From: Spirochaetota bacterium
GTDB taxonomy: Bacteria; Spirochaetota; UBA4802; UBA5550
Assembly (NCBI GenBank): GCA_963664815.2
Contig: CAXXHB010000003.1
Span: 3,877,191-3,901,190, forward strand
Length of the DNA: 24,000 nucleotides
Direction of reading: 5' to 3'
Below are positions 1 to 9,221 of the stretch, piece after piece (the first letter of the stretch is position 1; every line of letters starts with the position of its first letter). The translations under genes were made by a program, and so were the position numbers. The notes below the pieces were generated by a model. It had not been told where the DNA came from. It made no database searches and saw nothing but the letters and a program-made list of their open reading frames with translations.

Positions 1-367
1 TGGCGCGATTATGGACGTATGCATATCCATAGCATCGGCAACCGAGGAAATATTCCGTGTCAACCCTGAAATCTCATTCGGTGAGGCATTCAAATCAATC
101 CTGACTGTAAGCTCCGATATGCTGGGAGCTACGATGAACACGCTTCTCTTTGCATATGTAGGAACTTCGCTGCCGCTTGTTCTTATTATTGCTTTAAAAC
201 TGGAACCTGGTATTCCAATCACCATGGTTCTGAATTACAATCCCGTTCTGAGCGAACTGGTTCAATCAGCTATCGGCTGTATTGGAATGTTTCTAAGCAT
301 GCCGGCGACTGCCCTTATATGTATAAAGCTTCACATGAAAAGCCGGAGAAATACACAGACTGATTAA
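1..367 (+). CDS. YibE/F-like integral membrane protein, C-terminal fragment (5' end lies outside the window)
   Basis: The frame is open from the window edge (GAI precedes the first ATG at 11). The translation MDVCISIASATEEI...MLGATMNTLLFAYVGTSLPLVLII resembles the conserved C-terminal part of YibE/F family proteins as I remember them. Hydrophobic helices follow. Confidence 0.55.
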   Translation, partial: GAIMDVCISIASATEEIFRVNPEISFGEAFKSILTVSSDMLGATMNTLLFAYVGTSLPLVLIIALKLEPGIPITMVLNYNPVLSELVQSAIGCIGMFLSMPATALICIKLHMKSRRNTQTD

Positions 368-521
368 TGGATTTGTTTTTTTTACTCGACTTTTTAAAAA
401 AATTGATATTATTTTACCGTTATACGTACTATAAACAATAATACTATTGCAAATATATAACCTGATGTTTTCAAAATTGTGCATTCCATAATGCCGTATG
501 GATATTATTCCGGAGGAACCT

Positions 522-1844
522 ATGTTTTCAGCAGCATACACAGCGTTTATAATTGCCTCAGCAGTTTTAATAATATATTTAACCTACAGGTTTAACCTGA
601 ATCCGTTTTTTATTCTTATACCGGCTTCTTTTATTTTCGGCATGGTATGCGGAGTTACTCCGGCAAATACAATAACCGCAGTCAGAAACGGTTTCGGGGC
701 AACAATTGCATATTACGGGATCCTTATCATTGCCGGAACAACTATTGCAGTTATCATGGAAAAGACAGGGGCAGTAATAACAATCGCAATTGGCATTGTA
801 AGGATAACCGGCAAGAAAAATTCTCCTGCCGCTCTTACGGCGGCTGCAGGCATACTCGCTGTTTCATGTCCTTCAGAGTCGGGATTTATTCTTTCTGCCC
901 CGATAGCGAAGTTTCTTGAAAAGGATGGCGGAAAACAGGCAGGAACCTTCACAATCGCCCTTGCAACAGGAATTTTTACTGTTCACTCTCTGCTCCCTCC
1001 GTCAGCAGGGCCAATTGCCGCTGCGGGAATACTCAACGCGGCCATATGGAAAATATTCCTTATTGGAATAGTATCCTCCGCAGCCGGAGTGGCGGCAGCA
1101 TACTTCTGGTGCCGGGAATTTGTCTCTGCAGATGTCGATATTACAAGTCATCTCTCCGATAAAAAACATATTATGGGGAAGGACCTGCCGTCTCTTCAAT
1201 CTTCAATACTTCCGCTGGCTGCGCCGCTTTTCCTTATTACAATAAGGTCTCTCACAACTCTTCAATCAAGACCATTCGGGAATGGTATATTCGCAGCTTT
1301 TTTTGAATTTTCCGGCGATCCCTCCGTTGCGATACTTGTCGGTCTCACACTGGCTCTTATTCTGCTGGACAGAAAGGATTTAGGTAAAACCTTCACCGAC
1401 TGGGCTGCCGAGAGCATAGATCGATCCGCAAATCTGCTCATAATTGCCGGAGCAGGGGGCGCCTTTGGTGCAATACTTAAGATGACACAGCTTACAAAAA
1501 TGATATCAGAAAACTTTGTATTCACAGGTATCGGACTGCTGCTCCCTTTTCTCATTGCTGCCGCAATAAAGACAGTTAACGGATCCTCATTTATTTCAAT
1601 AATCACCGCCGCCTCTGTATCCGCCGCCCTGATCCCGTCCATGGGAATTGACCCTGCATTCGCTGCAGCTGCAGTTTCTGCAGGTTCCATGGTAGTCTCT
1701 CATGCCAATGATCCCTACTTCTGGATAGTTTCAAGATACAGCGGAGTAAGCACAAGGGATTCATATAAACACTTTACCACATCAACCCTGATAGCCGGAA
1801 CTGCTTCATTTATTTCAATATGGATAATGTCGCTGTTTTTTTAG
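522..1844 (+). CDS. GntP-family (gluconate/organic acid:H+) permease
   Basis: A polytopic membrane protein of about 440 aa with GntP-like blocks: N-terminal GFG..IAYYGILIIAG, and C-terminal SHANDPYFWIV, which matches the GntP SH.ND.GFW.V motif. GGAGG at 512-516 lies 5 nt before the ATG at 522, so I prefer 522 over the ORF-track start at 498. Confidence 0.82.
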   Translation: MFSAAYTAFIIASAVLIIYLTYRFNLNPFFILIPASFIFGMVCGVTPANTITAVRNGFGATIAYYGILIIAGTTIAVIMEKTGAVITIAIGIVRITGKKNSPAALTAAAGILAVSCPSESGFILSAPIAKFLEKDGGKQAGTFTIALATGIFTVHSLLPPSAGPIAAAGILNAAIWKIFLIGIVSSAAGVAAAYFWCREFVSADVDITSHLSDKKHIMGKDLPSLQSSILPLAAPLFLITIRSLTTLQSRPFGNGIFAAFFEFSGDPSVAILVGLTLALILLDRKDLGKTFTDWAAESIDRSANLLIIAGAGGAFGAILKMTQLTKMISENFVFTGIGLLLPFLIAAAIKTVNGSSFISIITAASVSAALIPSMGIDPAFAAAAVSAGSMVVSHANDPYFWIVSRYSGVSTRDSYKHFTTSTLIAGTASFISIWIMSLFF

Positions 1845-1872
1845 CAAAACAAATAAATGACGGAGAATTTAA

Positions 1873-2523
1873 ATGAACATCAATAACGATAAATCACTGT
1901 ATAGAACAGCCTTTAATTTAAGCCTTGTAACAATATTCTATAATATCATTGAAGGCCTGGTGTCTGCGTATTTCGGGTATACCGATGAGACTCTTGTCCT
2001 GTTCGGCTTCGGCATTGACAGTTTCATTGAGGTATTGTCAGGGATCGGCATTGCACATATGATAGTAAGGTTCAGAAAAAATGATTTCAACAAAGAAAAC
2101 AGTTTCGAGAAAACTGCATTGAAAATAACAGGATCATCATTTTATCTTCTCTCAGCGGGTCTTGCTGTAACAGTAATCTACAACATATATACCCGGCATG
2201 CACCCGAAACTACTTTCTGGGGAATTGTAATCTCTCTGGCATCAATAGCCACAATGTACTTTCTTATGAAAGCCAAGTTAACTGTCGGGACAAAGCTTCA
2301 GTCACAGCCGATTATCTCCGATGCGGGATGCACCAGGGTCTGCCTTTATATGTCGTTTATCCTTCTTGCATCAAGTTTAATCTTTGAGTTTACAGGGATA
2401 AGTTTTATCGATTCTCTGGGAGCAGCCGGACTCGCGTTCTATTCGTTCAAGGAGGGGAGGGAATGCTTCGAAAAGGCTGAGGGTGAGGAGTGTTCATGCT
2501 CCTGCGGTGGAAAGTGCGGATGA
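1873..2523 (+). CDS. CDF-like cation-efflux membrane protein with the transmembrane domain only and a Cys-rich C-terminal tail
   Basis: There are six predicted TM helices. TM2 carries D..(I)E (FGIDSFIEVL) and TM5 carries SDAGC, at the positions of CDF metal site A. There is no cytoplasmic CTD. The tail is EGEECSCSCGGKCG. A GGAG lies 8 nt upstream of the ATG. Confidence 0.55.
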   Translation: MNINNDKSLYRTAFNLSLVTIFYNIIEGLVSAYFGYTDETLVLFGFGIDSFIEVLSGIGIAHMIVRFRKNDFNKENSFEKTALKITGSSFYLLSAGLAVTVIYNIYTRHAPETTFWGIVISLASIATMYFLMKAKLTVGTKLQSQPIISDAGCTRVCLYMSFILLASSLIFEFTGISFIDSLGAAGLAFYSFKEGRECFEKAEGEECSCSCGGKCG

Positions 2524-2574
2524 TAATTCGGGTTATTTCAAAAAAACATGAAAGACAGTAATAATTAATTTAAT

Positions 2575-2595
2575 TCTCCCGGTCACAACCGGAGA
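2575..2595 (-). terminator. Hairpin between convergent genes, a candidate terminator for the minus-strand lipoprotein operon
   Basis: The minus strand reads TCTCCGGT-TGTG-ACCGGGAGA (8 bp stem with one bulge) followed by AT/T-rich sequence. It lies between the stop at 2523 (+) and the stop at 2643 (-). Confidence 0.35.
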
Positions 2596-2642
2596 TGATT
2601 GTAAAAAAAAGTAAAAAAGACTCCTTCACTACACCCTGCCGA

Positions 2643-3230
2643 TCAGATTGTATGCTCACTGTGTATTATACCTACAAGGTATATTTTATCCTTTTCTTTC
2701 TTAAAAACAAGGTGCAGCGCTCTCCAGTCTATGCCTTCATACTGAGGATCAATCATGGGAATCATGAATTCTGTAAATATACACCCTGGATATGCTTCAT
2801 TAATATTATTTGCCGTGTTTCCTCTCTGGACAACTTCATTCACCGATACCTTCCCTTTTGTCAGAAAATCCGCATCATAGACAAACCTGCCGAAGTATTC
2901 CTTAATTGTCATTTTTATCGGTTCACCGCTCCCGTCATACTCACCCCAGATATATTTCTTCCCGGGCTGTTTAATGTTTATAAGCTGTTTTGCGGTAAAT
3001 TTCTGATCCTTTCCGGTATCAATATATGAATATGGAGTAAATCTTACTCCAAGCTCCGGATGAACATAAGCTGCGAAAGCTTTATAGTTTCTGACTTTTA
3101 TTGTTTTAAGAATGTCCTTTGAAAGATTTATGAGAACTGCATCCGGCACTTTCCCGGTATTATCCGATGCCTGAATACCGGTACTCACTGCAATTAAAAC
3201 TATCATAACCATGTTGAGAAAATATTTCAT
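2643..3230 (-). CDS. Exported hypothetical protein (signal peptide)
   Basis: The N-terminus MKYFLNMVMIVLIAVSTGIQA is a type I signal peptide. It starts 12 nt downstream of the previous stop and is the last gene of a six-gene same-strand array. Confidence 0.7.
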   Translation of the reverse strand: MKYFLNMVMIVLIAVSTGIQASDNTGKVPDAVLINLSKDILKTIKVRNYKAFAAYVHPELGVRFTPYSYIDTGKDQKFTAKQLINIKQPGKKYIWGEYDGSGEPIKMTIKEYFGRFVYDADFLTKGKVSVNEVVQRGNTANNINEAYPGCIFTEFMIPMIDPQYEGIDWRALHLVFKKEKDKIYLVGIIHSEHTI

Positions 3231-3242
3231 AACTTTGAACCT

Positions 3243-3689
3243 CTATTTATTATCCCTGCTCTTTTCCCTTTTTCTCCATGTATCCAAAGTCACGTATTCA
3301 TCATCTGTTATGTCAAGAATGGTAATCTTATAAGTAACGGGATCTACATGGAAAAAGTAGTATGTTTCAAACCTGTCGCTGCCGCTGTACCCCACCTGTA
3401 CAGAGTAACCGCGCCTCTTTTCATCATTATCAATTATTGATGTGACCCCCTTCCTGTGGAGGGAAACTTCTTCTATATTTTTTTGCGCCTCTTTATACTC
3501 CGTGAGTTCAGATATCCTTTTGATTATCTCATCCTGTACTTCAGCAGAGATATTTTTCTTACCTCTCCATTCATCTTCCGCTCGGGGTTCCGCGCCCGGG
3601 AGGAATCCTTCACTCTTTCTGACGGAATTTCCCGCACATCCGGAAATCATAAAGAGAACAATTATGGATAGAAATACTGCTTTCTGCAT
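3243..3689 (-). CDS. Lipoprotein, unknown function
   Basis: Signal peptide with lipobox (LFMISGC). There is a 6-nt gap to the upstream gene. Confidence 0.7.
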   Translation of the reverse strand: MQKAVFLSIIVLFMISGCAGNSVRKSEGFLPGAEPRAEDEWRGKKNISAEVQDEIIKRISELTEYKEAQKNIEEVSLHRKGVTSIIDNDEKRRGYSVQVGYSGSDRFETYYFFHVDPVTYKITILDITDDEYVTLDTWRKREKSRDNK

Positions 3690-3695
3690 AACATT

Positions 3696-4166
3696 TTACC
3701 TGCTCCTGACAAATTCGAGGTACTTTGTGTCACATCTTTTAAAACATACATACTGGTTCATTGAATTCCCGTAGTTCTGTATGAGAATTTTGTCTTCAGA
3801 ATAAAGTCCCTCAATGGCTGTTTTATCACCGCTGCGAAGTGTACCGCTGAATACAAGGTAGGTCTGCTCATCATCTTTTACAATTGTCAGTTTACCGCTG
3901 CTCTTTACACCCGCGCCGTTTATAGTATAAATGAAACCGCTTTTATCTTTTTTAACAGTTATCATAATATCACACACCTTGGTGTCTGACGATCTGTATG
4001 TACCGGAGTAATCAGCTTCACTTACCTTTTTCTCTGATGCTGCGGATTTACTCTCTTTAATATTCTGCGCGGAACTGTTGCTCCCTGCGCATGAGATACA
4101 TGTGAGCAGCAGTAAAATCATCACTCCGCCCGTCAATAATACATTTAAAGATTTATAATTATCCAT
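3696..4166 (-). CDS. Lipoprotein, unknown function
   Basis: The hydrophobic segment ends in a lipobox-like LLLTCISCAG. The ORF-track start at 4175 is a GTG. The ATG at 4166 is preceded by GGTGAG, so I prefer it. Confidence 0.65.
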   Translation of the reverse strand: MDNYKSLNVLLTGGVMILLLLTCISCAGSNSSAQNIKESKSAASEKKVSEADYSGTYRSSDTKVCDIMITVKKDKSGFIYTINGAGVKSSGKLTIVKDDEQTYLVFSGTLRSGDKTAIEGLYSEDKILIQNYGNSMNQYVCFKRCDTKYLEFVRSR

Positions 4167-4181
4167 TATACTCACCCGCCA

Positions 4182-4829
4182 TTATTTAACCTTGATATAA
4201 TCTATGAGTATATATCTGCTCTTACCCTTTTCTGTTACTTTCTGAAGAGTTGCTTGCATGACATTAGCAAGCTGCGGCACATCATCAGGAGAGAACTTCT
4301 TCCACTCCTTCTCCGTTCCATGAACATTCCCAGTCCACCCGGACCCTGCATAATATACGTTCACTGCCGCAGTATACATATTATTACCGATATCTGTAAG
4401 AGATACCAGTTGTGAAAAATAAAACACCTCACCGGATGCCTCAGAGATATAATACCAGCCGTCTTTATATATAATTCCATCGCTGTCAACAGACTGATGT
4501 TTTTTAATCTTCTTCCCGAAGAATCTGTTAACAGAATCATCGATGTACGAGACTTTTATCTTTAACTGGTACTCTTTGCCGCCCCTGACAAAAAGCTTTT
4601 CATTATTCCTGTAATTGTGAAGCACACTGAACTTTACAAGGTTTATATCTGTGATGTCGTCCTTTTTAAAAGGCTCAACAAATACCTCTGAAAAGTTGCT
4701 GAAAAAAGTGTTAAGTTCCTTTTTTTCTTTCGGGGTGAGTTTAACTCCTTTGGGTGCGGTCTGGGCAAAAGTTATACCCCCAATATAAAACAGTGCTATT
4801 AAAAGCACGATATTTTTTTTTATTTTCAT
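4182..4829 (-). CDS. Exported hypothetical protein
   Basis: Signal peptide MKIKKNIVLLIALFYIGGITFAQ. A GGAG lies upstream. I recognise no domain. Confidence 0.7.
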   Translation of the reverse strand: MKIKKNIVLLIALFYIGGITFAQTAPKGVKLTPKEKKELNTFFSNFSEVFVEPFKKDDITDINLVKFSVLHNYRNNEKLFVRGGKEYQLKIKVSYIDDSVNRFFGKKIKKHQSVDSDGIIYKDGWYYISEASGEVFYFSQLVSLTDIGNNMYTAAVNVYYAGSGWTGNVHGTEKEWKKFSPDDVPQLANVMQATLQKVTEKGKSRYILIDYIKVK

Positions 4830-4864
4830 AGTCTTTTCTCCATATTCTCTATTATAAATAACAA

Positions 4865-6019
4865 TTATATTCTTATAGTGATAATTGAATAAGGCGTTGA
4901 ACCTGTTCCAAAAGGACTCCCGGAAATTTCTGTTAAAGTTCCCGTTGCTGCATTAATTGAATAGGCAGAAACTTTTGCAGAGTTCCAGTTTGTGATATAC
5001 AGAAATTTTCCACTTGGGTCCACGCTGGGTGATGTACTTCCATTATAACTGACAGATATTGAACTGACATAAGTTAATACACCTGTATCAGCATCAACCG
5101 TATATAATAATATATTTCCACCACTCCCACCGCTCACAGTAACATAAACAAATTTTCCACCGGGATGTATTGTTATTCCATTGAGAGAAGCATAACCCGG
5201 ATAATAAGTGACAAGACTCCCGAGAGTCCCGGTAGCACCGTCAATGGCATAACAATAAATTCCCCCGGAAGTTACATCATAATGCACAGAATAGGAATAT
5301 TTTCCGTTTGGGTGAATAACCATTGCTCGCGGATATGGATAATTCGAGCCGCTTGTCCCTGGTGATGCTGCATAAGTGGCTATACTTCCATATATACCAT
5401 CTCCAATAGTGTAAGCCAGTATATTATAATCATAGCTTTCCAGAATATAAAGAAATTTATTACCAGGATTTATAGCTATTGAACAGGGACCTTTACCGGT
5501 ACTTATTGTTGTTTTGAATGTCAGTGATCCATCAGAATTGATTGTATAAACATGGACAGTTTTATCCGCAGTTAACGAACTAGAGCCATTCGCAACATAC
5601 AGATATTTACCATCGGGGTCTACTGTGACTGAAATTGAATTGCTGCCGGTTGAATAACTGTCGATTAATGTTAAAACACCTGTGATGCTGTTAATTGAAT
5701 AAGCATAAACATAACCGGCTGGTGGATTCGTACTATCCTCGCATGCAACATAGAGATATTTACAGGTAGGATCTGATGTTACACTCATAGGATGAGTAAC
5801 AGTAGAATAGGTATTGATTGACGTTAATGCACCGGTTGTACTGTCAATTGAATATGCTGAAACTGAATTAGAATTATAATTTGCCACATAGGCATAATAT
5901 TTATACGATTTTTCCGCTTTTTCCCCTTTGGTCTCATTCATCATATCCTCAAATCCAGATTCACATGAAGAGAACACAAATGCCGCTATCAAAAATATAA
6001 ACATTTTTTTAATTTTCAT
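4865..6019 (-). CDS. Lipoprotein with a lactonase-type 7-bladed beta-propeller
   Basis: Lipobox FVFSSC. Repeated blade signatures are YAYVANYNSNSVSAYSID..TGAL, KYLYVA, KYLYVANG, KFLYILE, KFVYVT and KFLYITNWNSAKVSAYSINAATGTL, typical of the PF10282-like lactonase propeller family. An AGGAG lies upstream. Confidence 0.75.
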   Translation of the reverse strand: MKIKKMFIFLIAAFVFSSCESGFEDMMNETKGEKAEKSYKYYAYVANYNSNSVSAYSIDSTTGALTSINTYSTVTHPMSVTSDPTCKYLYVACEDSTNPPAGYVYAYSINSITGVLTLIDSYSTGSNSISVTVDPDGKYLYVANGSSSLTADKTVHVYTINSDGSLTFKTTISTGKGPCSIAINPGNKFLYILESYDYNILAYTIGDGIYGSIATYAASPGTSGSNYPYPRAMVIHPNGKYSYSVHYDVTSGGIYCYAIDGATGTLGSLVTYYPGYASLNGITIHPGGKFVYVTVSGGSGGNILLYTVDADTGVLTYVSSISVSYNGSTSPSVDPSGKFLYITNWNSAKVSAYSINAATGTLTEISGSPFGTGSTPYSIITIRI

Positions 6020-6107
6020 TTTTCACAACTCCTTCTTTTTTACAATCTCCCCTCTCCATCCGAAGAGACGACGTGCTGAACCTGTCGAAGCAGGCAGAGA
6101 GCGAGGT

Positions 6108-7514
6108 TTACAACTCAACCAGTATTCCGCAGCTTACAAATCCCTCATAGAAAGGTTTAACACCCGCTCTTTCATATATAATCCCGTAATCACCGCCAAT
6201 TGAAAAAGTAAAATTATCACTGCTTACAGTTAACGCCAATCCGCCGTCTACAATTGGATCGATAATTGTTTTCTCTTTTTCAACATTGAGGCTTGTATAT
6301 TTAACCTTAGAATACGATTCCCCTATCTTCGCGAAAGGAAATAACGAAAACCAGTCGCCCAGCCACAGGTGATACCCTGCGTATAACGTAACCGGTATAA
6401 AATTCAATGTATCAGTACTCTTTTCTTCTATGCCGGGGAGTGTTATATAACTGGAACTTATCCCTGCTTCAAAATTCTGAAACATGAAATTTCTGAGTCC
6501 AATATTCACAGTTCCGCCATAGCCGGGATCAAACATCTTTCCAAGATCACCGGAAAGAACAAACACCGCGGGCGCGGCAGAAATAACAAGCTGCAGTGGC
6601 ATTAGAACACGCACCTTTGGAGATTCAGTGTCAAGATCATCAACTGCCGTTATCTCCAGCTTGTATACCGAAATGTTCCCGGGAACAGTGTATTCAGGTG
6701 TTTTAACTGTAGCTATCTTTCCCTTCTCTTTCTCATCCCTGTTGTATATGTTATAACCTTTAATCTTGCCATCCGGGTCATTAGAATCATTCCACCTGAC
6801 TGTAAGTTTTTTATCTTTTGTTTCACGCACAATACCTTCAGGTTCCGTTGGTGCGATGTTCTTTGTCTTTATCTTCAGTTCGTTGCTTGGAGGAGACTCG
6901 TAGTCGTCGCTGTCAACGCTTGTAACAATAATAAAATAGCTGCTGTTACTTGAAAGTTTTTTAATAGTAACGGATTTACTCCCCGTACTTTCGATAAGTT
7001 CATACTTATCTTTATCATTTTTCTTTATGTAAATATTATATCTCTTAACTTTGTCATATGGAGGCTCCCATGTTAGTGACACCCTGTCTGTCTCCGTATC
7101 TCCGACAACCTGCAGACCCGAGGGATTTTTCTCTGCGATGAATAGTACCGCGCTTCTTTTAAGGGTAAACTCCTCCGGCTTATATAAATCGAGCCTGAAA
7201 GTGTAGCTCTCCCTGTCCTCATCAACCATGTATGCTACAACACCCTTCCCGTCTCGCTTCTGGATATAAATCTTTCCCATCTTAAGCTCGGTGTAGAGTA
7301 TGCGAATTATCTCGCTACGTGGAATCGATTTAAGTTTTTTATCGGTCATACGGACGGTTACAGATGTTGCCCCGTCGGAGACTATGGTACCATTTATAAT
7401 TGAACCATCCTTTAAAAACACAGCTTCCGCGCTGAGAGGCTTTTCTGAAACAGAAGCAAAAAACCATGACACAACCGCTATAGCAAGCAGTTTCCCGAAC
7501 ACTTTGAGATTCAT
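6108..7514 (-). CDS. Exported protein with an N-terminal small beta domain, 2 FN3 domains and a C-terminal outer-membrane beta-barrel anchor (paralogue of 14138-15553)
   Basis: Signal peptide ...SAEA. FN3 signatures are VSLTWEPPYDKVKRYNIYIK...YFIIVTSVD and LTVRWNDSNDP..IKGYNIYNR...YKLEITAVD. The last ~160 aa show alternating hydrophobic/aromatic strands. A GAGGA lies 8 nt upstream. Confidence 0.75.
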   Translation of the reverse strand: MNLKVFGKLLAIAVVSWFFASVSEKPLSAEAVFLKDGSIINGTIVSDGATSVTVRMTDKKLKSIPRSEIIRILYTELKMGKIYIQKRDGKGVVAYMVDEDRESYTFRLDLYKPEEFTLKRSAVLFIAEKNPSGLQVVGDTETDRVSLTWEPPYDKVKRYNIYIKKNDKDKYELIESTGSKSVTIKKLSSNSSYFIIVTSVDSDDYESPPSNELKIKTKNIAPTEPEGIVRETKDKKLTVRWNDSNDPDGKIKGYNIYNRDEKEKGKIATVKTPEYTVPGNISVYKLEITAVDDLDTESPKVRVLMPLQLVISAAPAVFVLSGDLGKMFDPGYGGTVNIGLRNFMFQNFEAGISSSYITLPGIEEKSTDTLNFIPVTLYAGYHLWLGDWFSLFPFAKIGESYSKVKYTSLNVEKEKTIIDPIVDGGLALTVSSDNFTFSIGGDYGIIYERAGVKPFYEGFVSCGILVEL

Positions 7515-7808
7515 AATAGTTTCCTCAAAAAAAATTATATATTTATACCGGTTTTCATATGAAGTTTTATATCTACACCTTTATAGTAGAAATAAACTTC
7601 AAAAATTACCAAATTATTCAGAATCGTTTTACAGAAAATAAATGTAAAGGTTTAATTTACCCCTGAATACTTTTTTTAAAGTCTATTAACAGCACTATTA
7701 AACAACAGGCCCCCGAATGTTGTCATCGGAGGATATTTAACCGTATCAGCAATCAAAAGGATTCATCTTTACCATGTACGATTATACTTAAATAGCAAAA
7801 AATAAATC

Positions 7809-7839
7809 GCCCAGATTTATAATACTGTGCATTTTTATT
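7809..7839 (+). repeat. Degenerate copy of the palindrome-plus-T-run element (copy 0)
   Basis: GCCCAGATTTATAATACTGTGC followed by ATTTTTATT. It matches copy 1 at about three quarters of positions when aligned by eye, in the same orientation. Confidence 0.5.
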
Positions 7840-8011
7840 GCACGGCATTATAAAAAATACCTGTTTTGTTTTTCGACGGTTGTGGCTTCTGCGGCGGTTT
7901 TGGATCTCTTATATTCACCTTCAACCATCACTATGAGCCCCGGCTGACGATATAAAAATCAGTTTCTTCACCTGAAAAATGTATACTTCATCGATGTATC
8001 GTCTAAAATAC

Positions 8012-8042
8012 GTCCAAATTTATAAACCTGGACATTTTTTTT
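8012..8042 (+). promoter_or_regulatory. 22-bp AT-rich palindrome followed by T8 (copy 1), about 90 nt upstream of the AraC-type gene
   Basis: GTCCAAATTTATAAACCTGGAC (18 of 22 positions self-complementary), then A and TTTTTTTT. Closely related copies are at 10270 and 15678. Confidence 0.6.
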
Positions 8043-8123
8043 AATCGCAATATTAATAAATAGACAGAATATGCTGTTCACATAAAAAATTGTAATTAAA
8101 TACAATAGAAAGAATAGAGACTT

Positions 8124-9221
8124 ATGCTTGGAAATATAATATTATACAGTGAATTTGCCTGCGGAGTAATACTGCTCTTATTTGTGGTACTACAACTTAC
8201 ATACAGAAACAGGGAGTTTATCAACTATAACCTTGCCGGCCTTTACTTCTGCCTTTCATATGTTATTCTTATATTCTGGTCTTTCAAATCAGGGGTAATC
8301 CTGCACCTTCCCTGGATGTTTTACACTGATATAAGTATGGCTTTTGCTATCGGCCCTTTTGTATATTTTTATATTAAAACGGTAATCGGTCTGAAAACAG
8401 ACTCTCTCTTCAGGTACATGATTCATTTCATCCCGGCCTTTGTTTCGTTCATTGCCATAATAATATATAACATTACTGATAATTCACTCACTGACTATTA
8501 CATAAAAAACAATATCGATTACCCGGTTTATCATCTGAGTCACTTCATTGGTATAATCGAATTAATATCAAGTTTCGTTATGATATCATACATAGTTCCA
8601 GCCACAGGAAAACTTTACATGCTGCTGCGAGACAGAAGCCACAAATCGCTGAAAGAACTTAAAATTGTCTTCCGCTACCTGTCGCTTGTTATTTTCTTCA
8701 GCGGAATGATGCTGCTTGCCGGTATAATAAGGAATAATGTACTCAATGACATAGCTGTATATTTTCTGACTCTCCTTGCCGTCTGGTACTTTATATTCTC
8801 TTTCCGCTACCCTGATTTTACTCAGAAAGCCATCAAAGAAGCAAGGACTGTAAGATATAAAAGTTCTATAATTAACGGTATAGATTCTGATACCGTACTC
8901 AGACGTCTTGATGAACTGATGGAGGATGAAAAGGTTTTCGCGGATGAGGATATTACCCTGCAGAAACTTAGCGGTGAACTGATGATTACGCCTCACCAGC
9001 TTTCAAATATACTTAACTCAAAGCGTAAAATAAACTTCCGGACGCTTATTAATTCTTACAGAGTTAAAGAAGCCATAAGCCTGATGAAACAGTTCCCCGA
9101 TAAAAATATACTGGAGATAGCGCTGGATAGCGGTTTTAGCTCAAAGTCTTCTTTCAATTCTGTTTTCCTCAAAATAACAGGGATTGCCCCCAGAGATTAC
9201 AGAAAGAATATCAGACTGTAG
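8124..9221 (+). CDS. AraC-family transcriptional regulator with a polytopic N-terminal membrane domain
   Basis: The first ~230 aa contain about 6-7 hydrophobic helices. The C-terminal ~100 aa form a typical AraC/XylS double HTH (LQKLSGELMITPHQLSNIL...EIALDSGFSSKSSFNSVFLKITGIAPRDYRK). Confidence 0.85.
   Translation: MLGNIILYSEFACGVILLLFVVLQLTYRNREFINYNLAGLYFCLSYVILIFWSFKSGVILHLPWMFYTDISMAFAIGPFVYFYIKTVIGLKTDSLFRYMIHFIPAFVSFIAIIIYNITDNSLTDYYIKNNIDYPVYHLSHFIGIIELISSFVMISYIVPATGKLYMLLRDRSHKSLKELKIVFRYLSLVIFFSGMMLLAGIIRNNVLNDIAVYFLTLLAVWYFIFSFRYPDFTQKAIKEARTVRYKSSIINGIDSDTVLRRLDELMEDEKVFADEDITLQKLSGELMITPHQLSNILNSKRKINFRTLINSYRVKEAISLMKQFPDKNILEIALDSGFSSKSSFNSVFLKITGIAPRDYRKNIRL

Noticed and set aside
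2595-3029. 144-aa plus-strand ORF overlapping the 195-aa exported protein gene, together with the other short overlapping ORFs in the track (647-919, 713-952, 1262-1690, 8586-8996, 10520-10807, 20278-20631, 21180-21500 and others)
   Set aside because: All of them are nested in or antisense to much longer ORFs that have clear family signatures or signal peptides. None has a convincing SD or a recognisable motif.
7848-7928. 26-aa minus-strand mini-ORF (MVEGEYKRSKTAAEATTVEKQNRYFL) in the long intergenic region
   Set aside because: It has no SD and no hydrophobic or Cys pattern suggestive of a functional peptide. It probably occurs by chance within the locally GC-richer patch.
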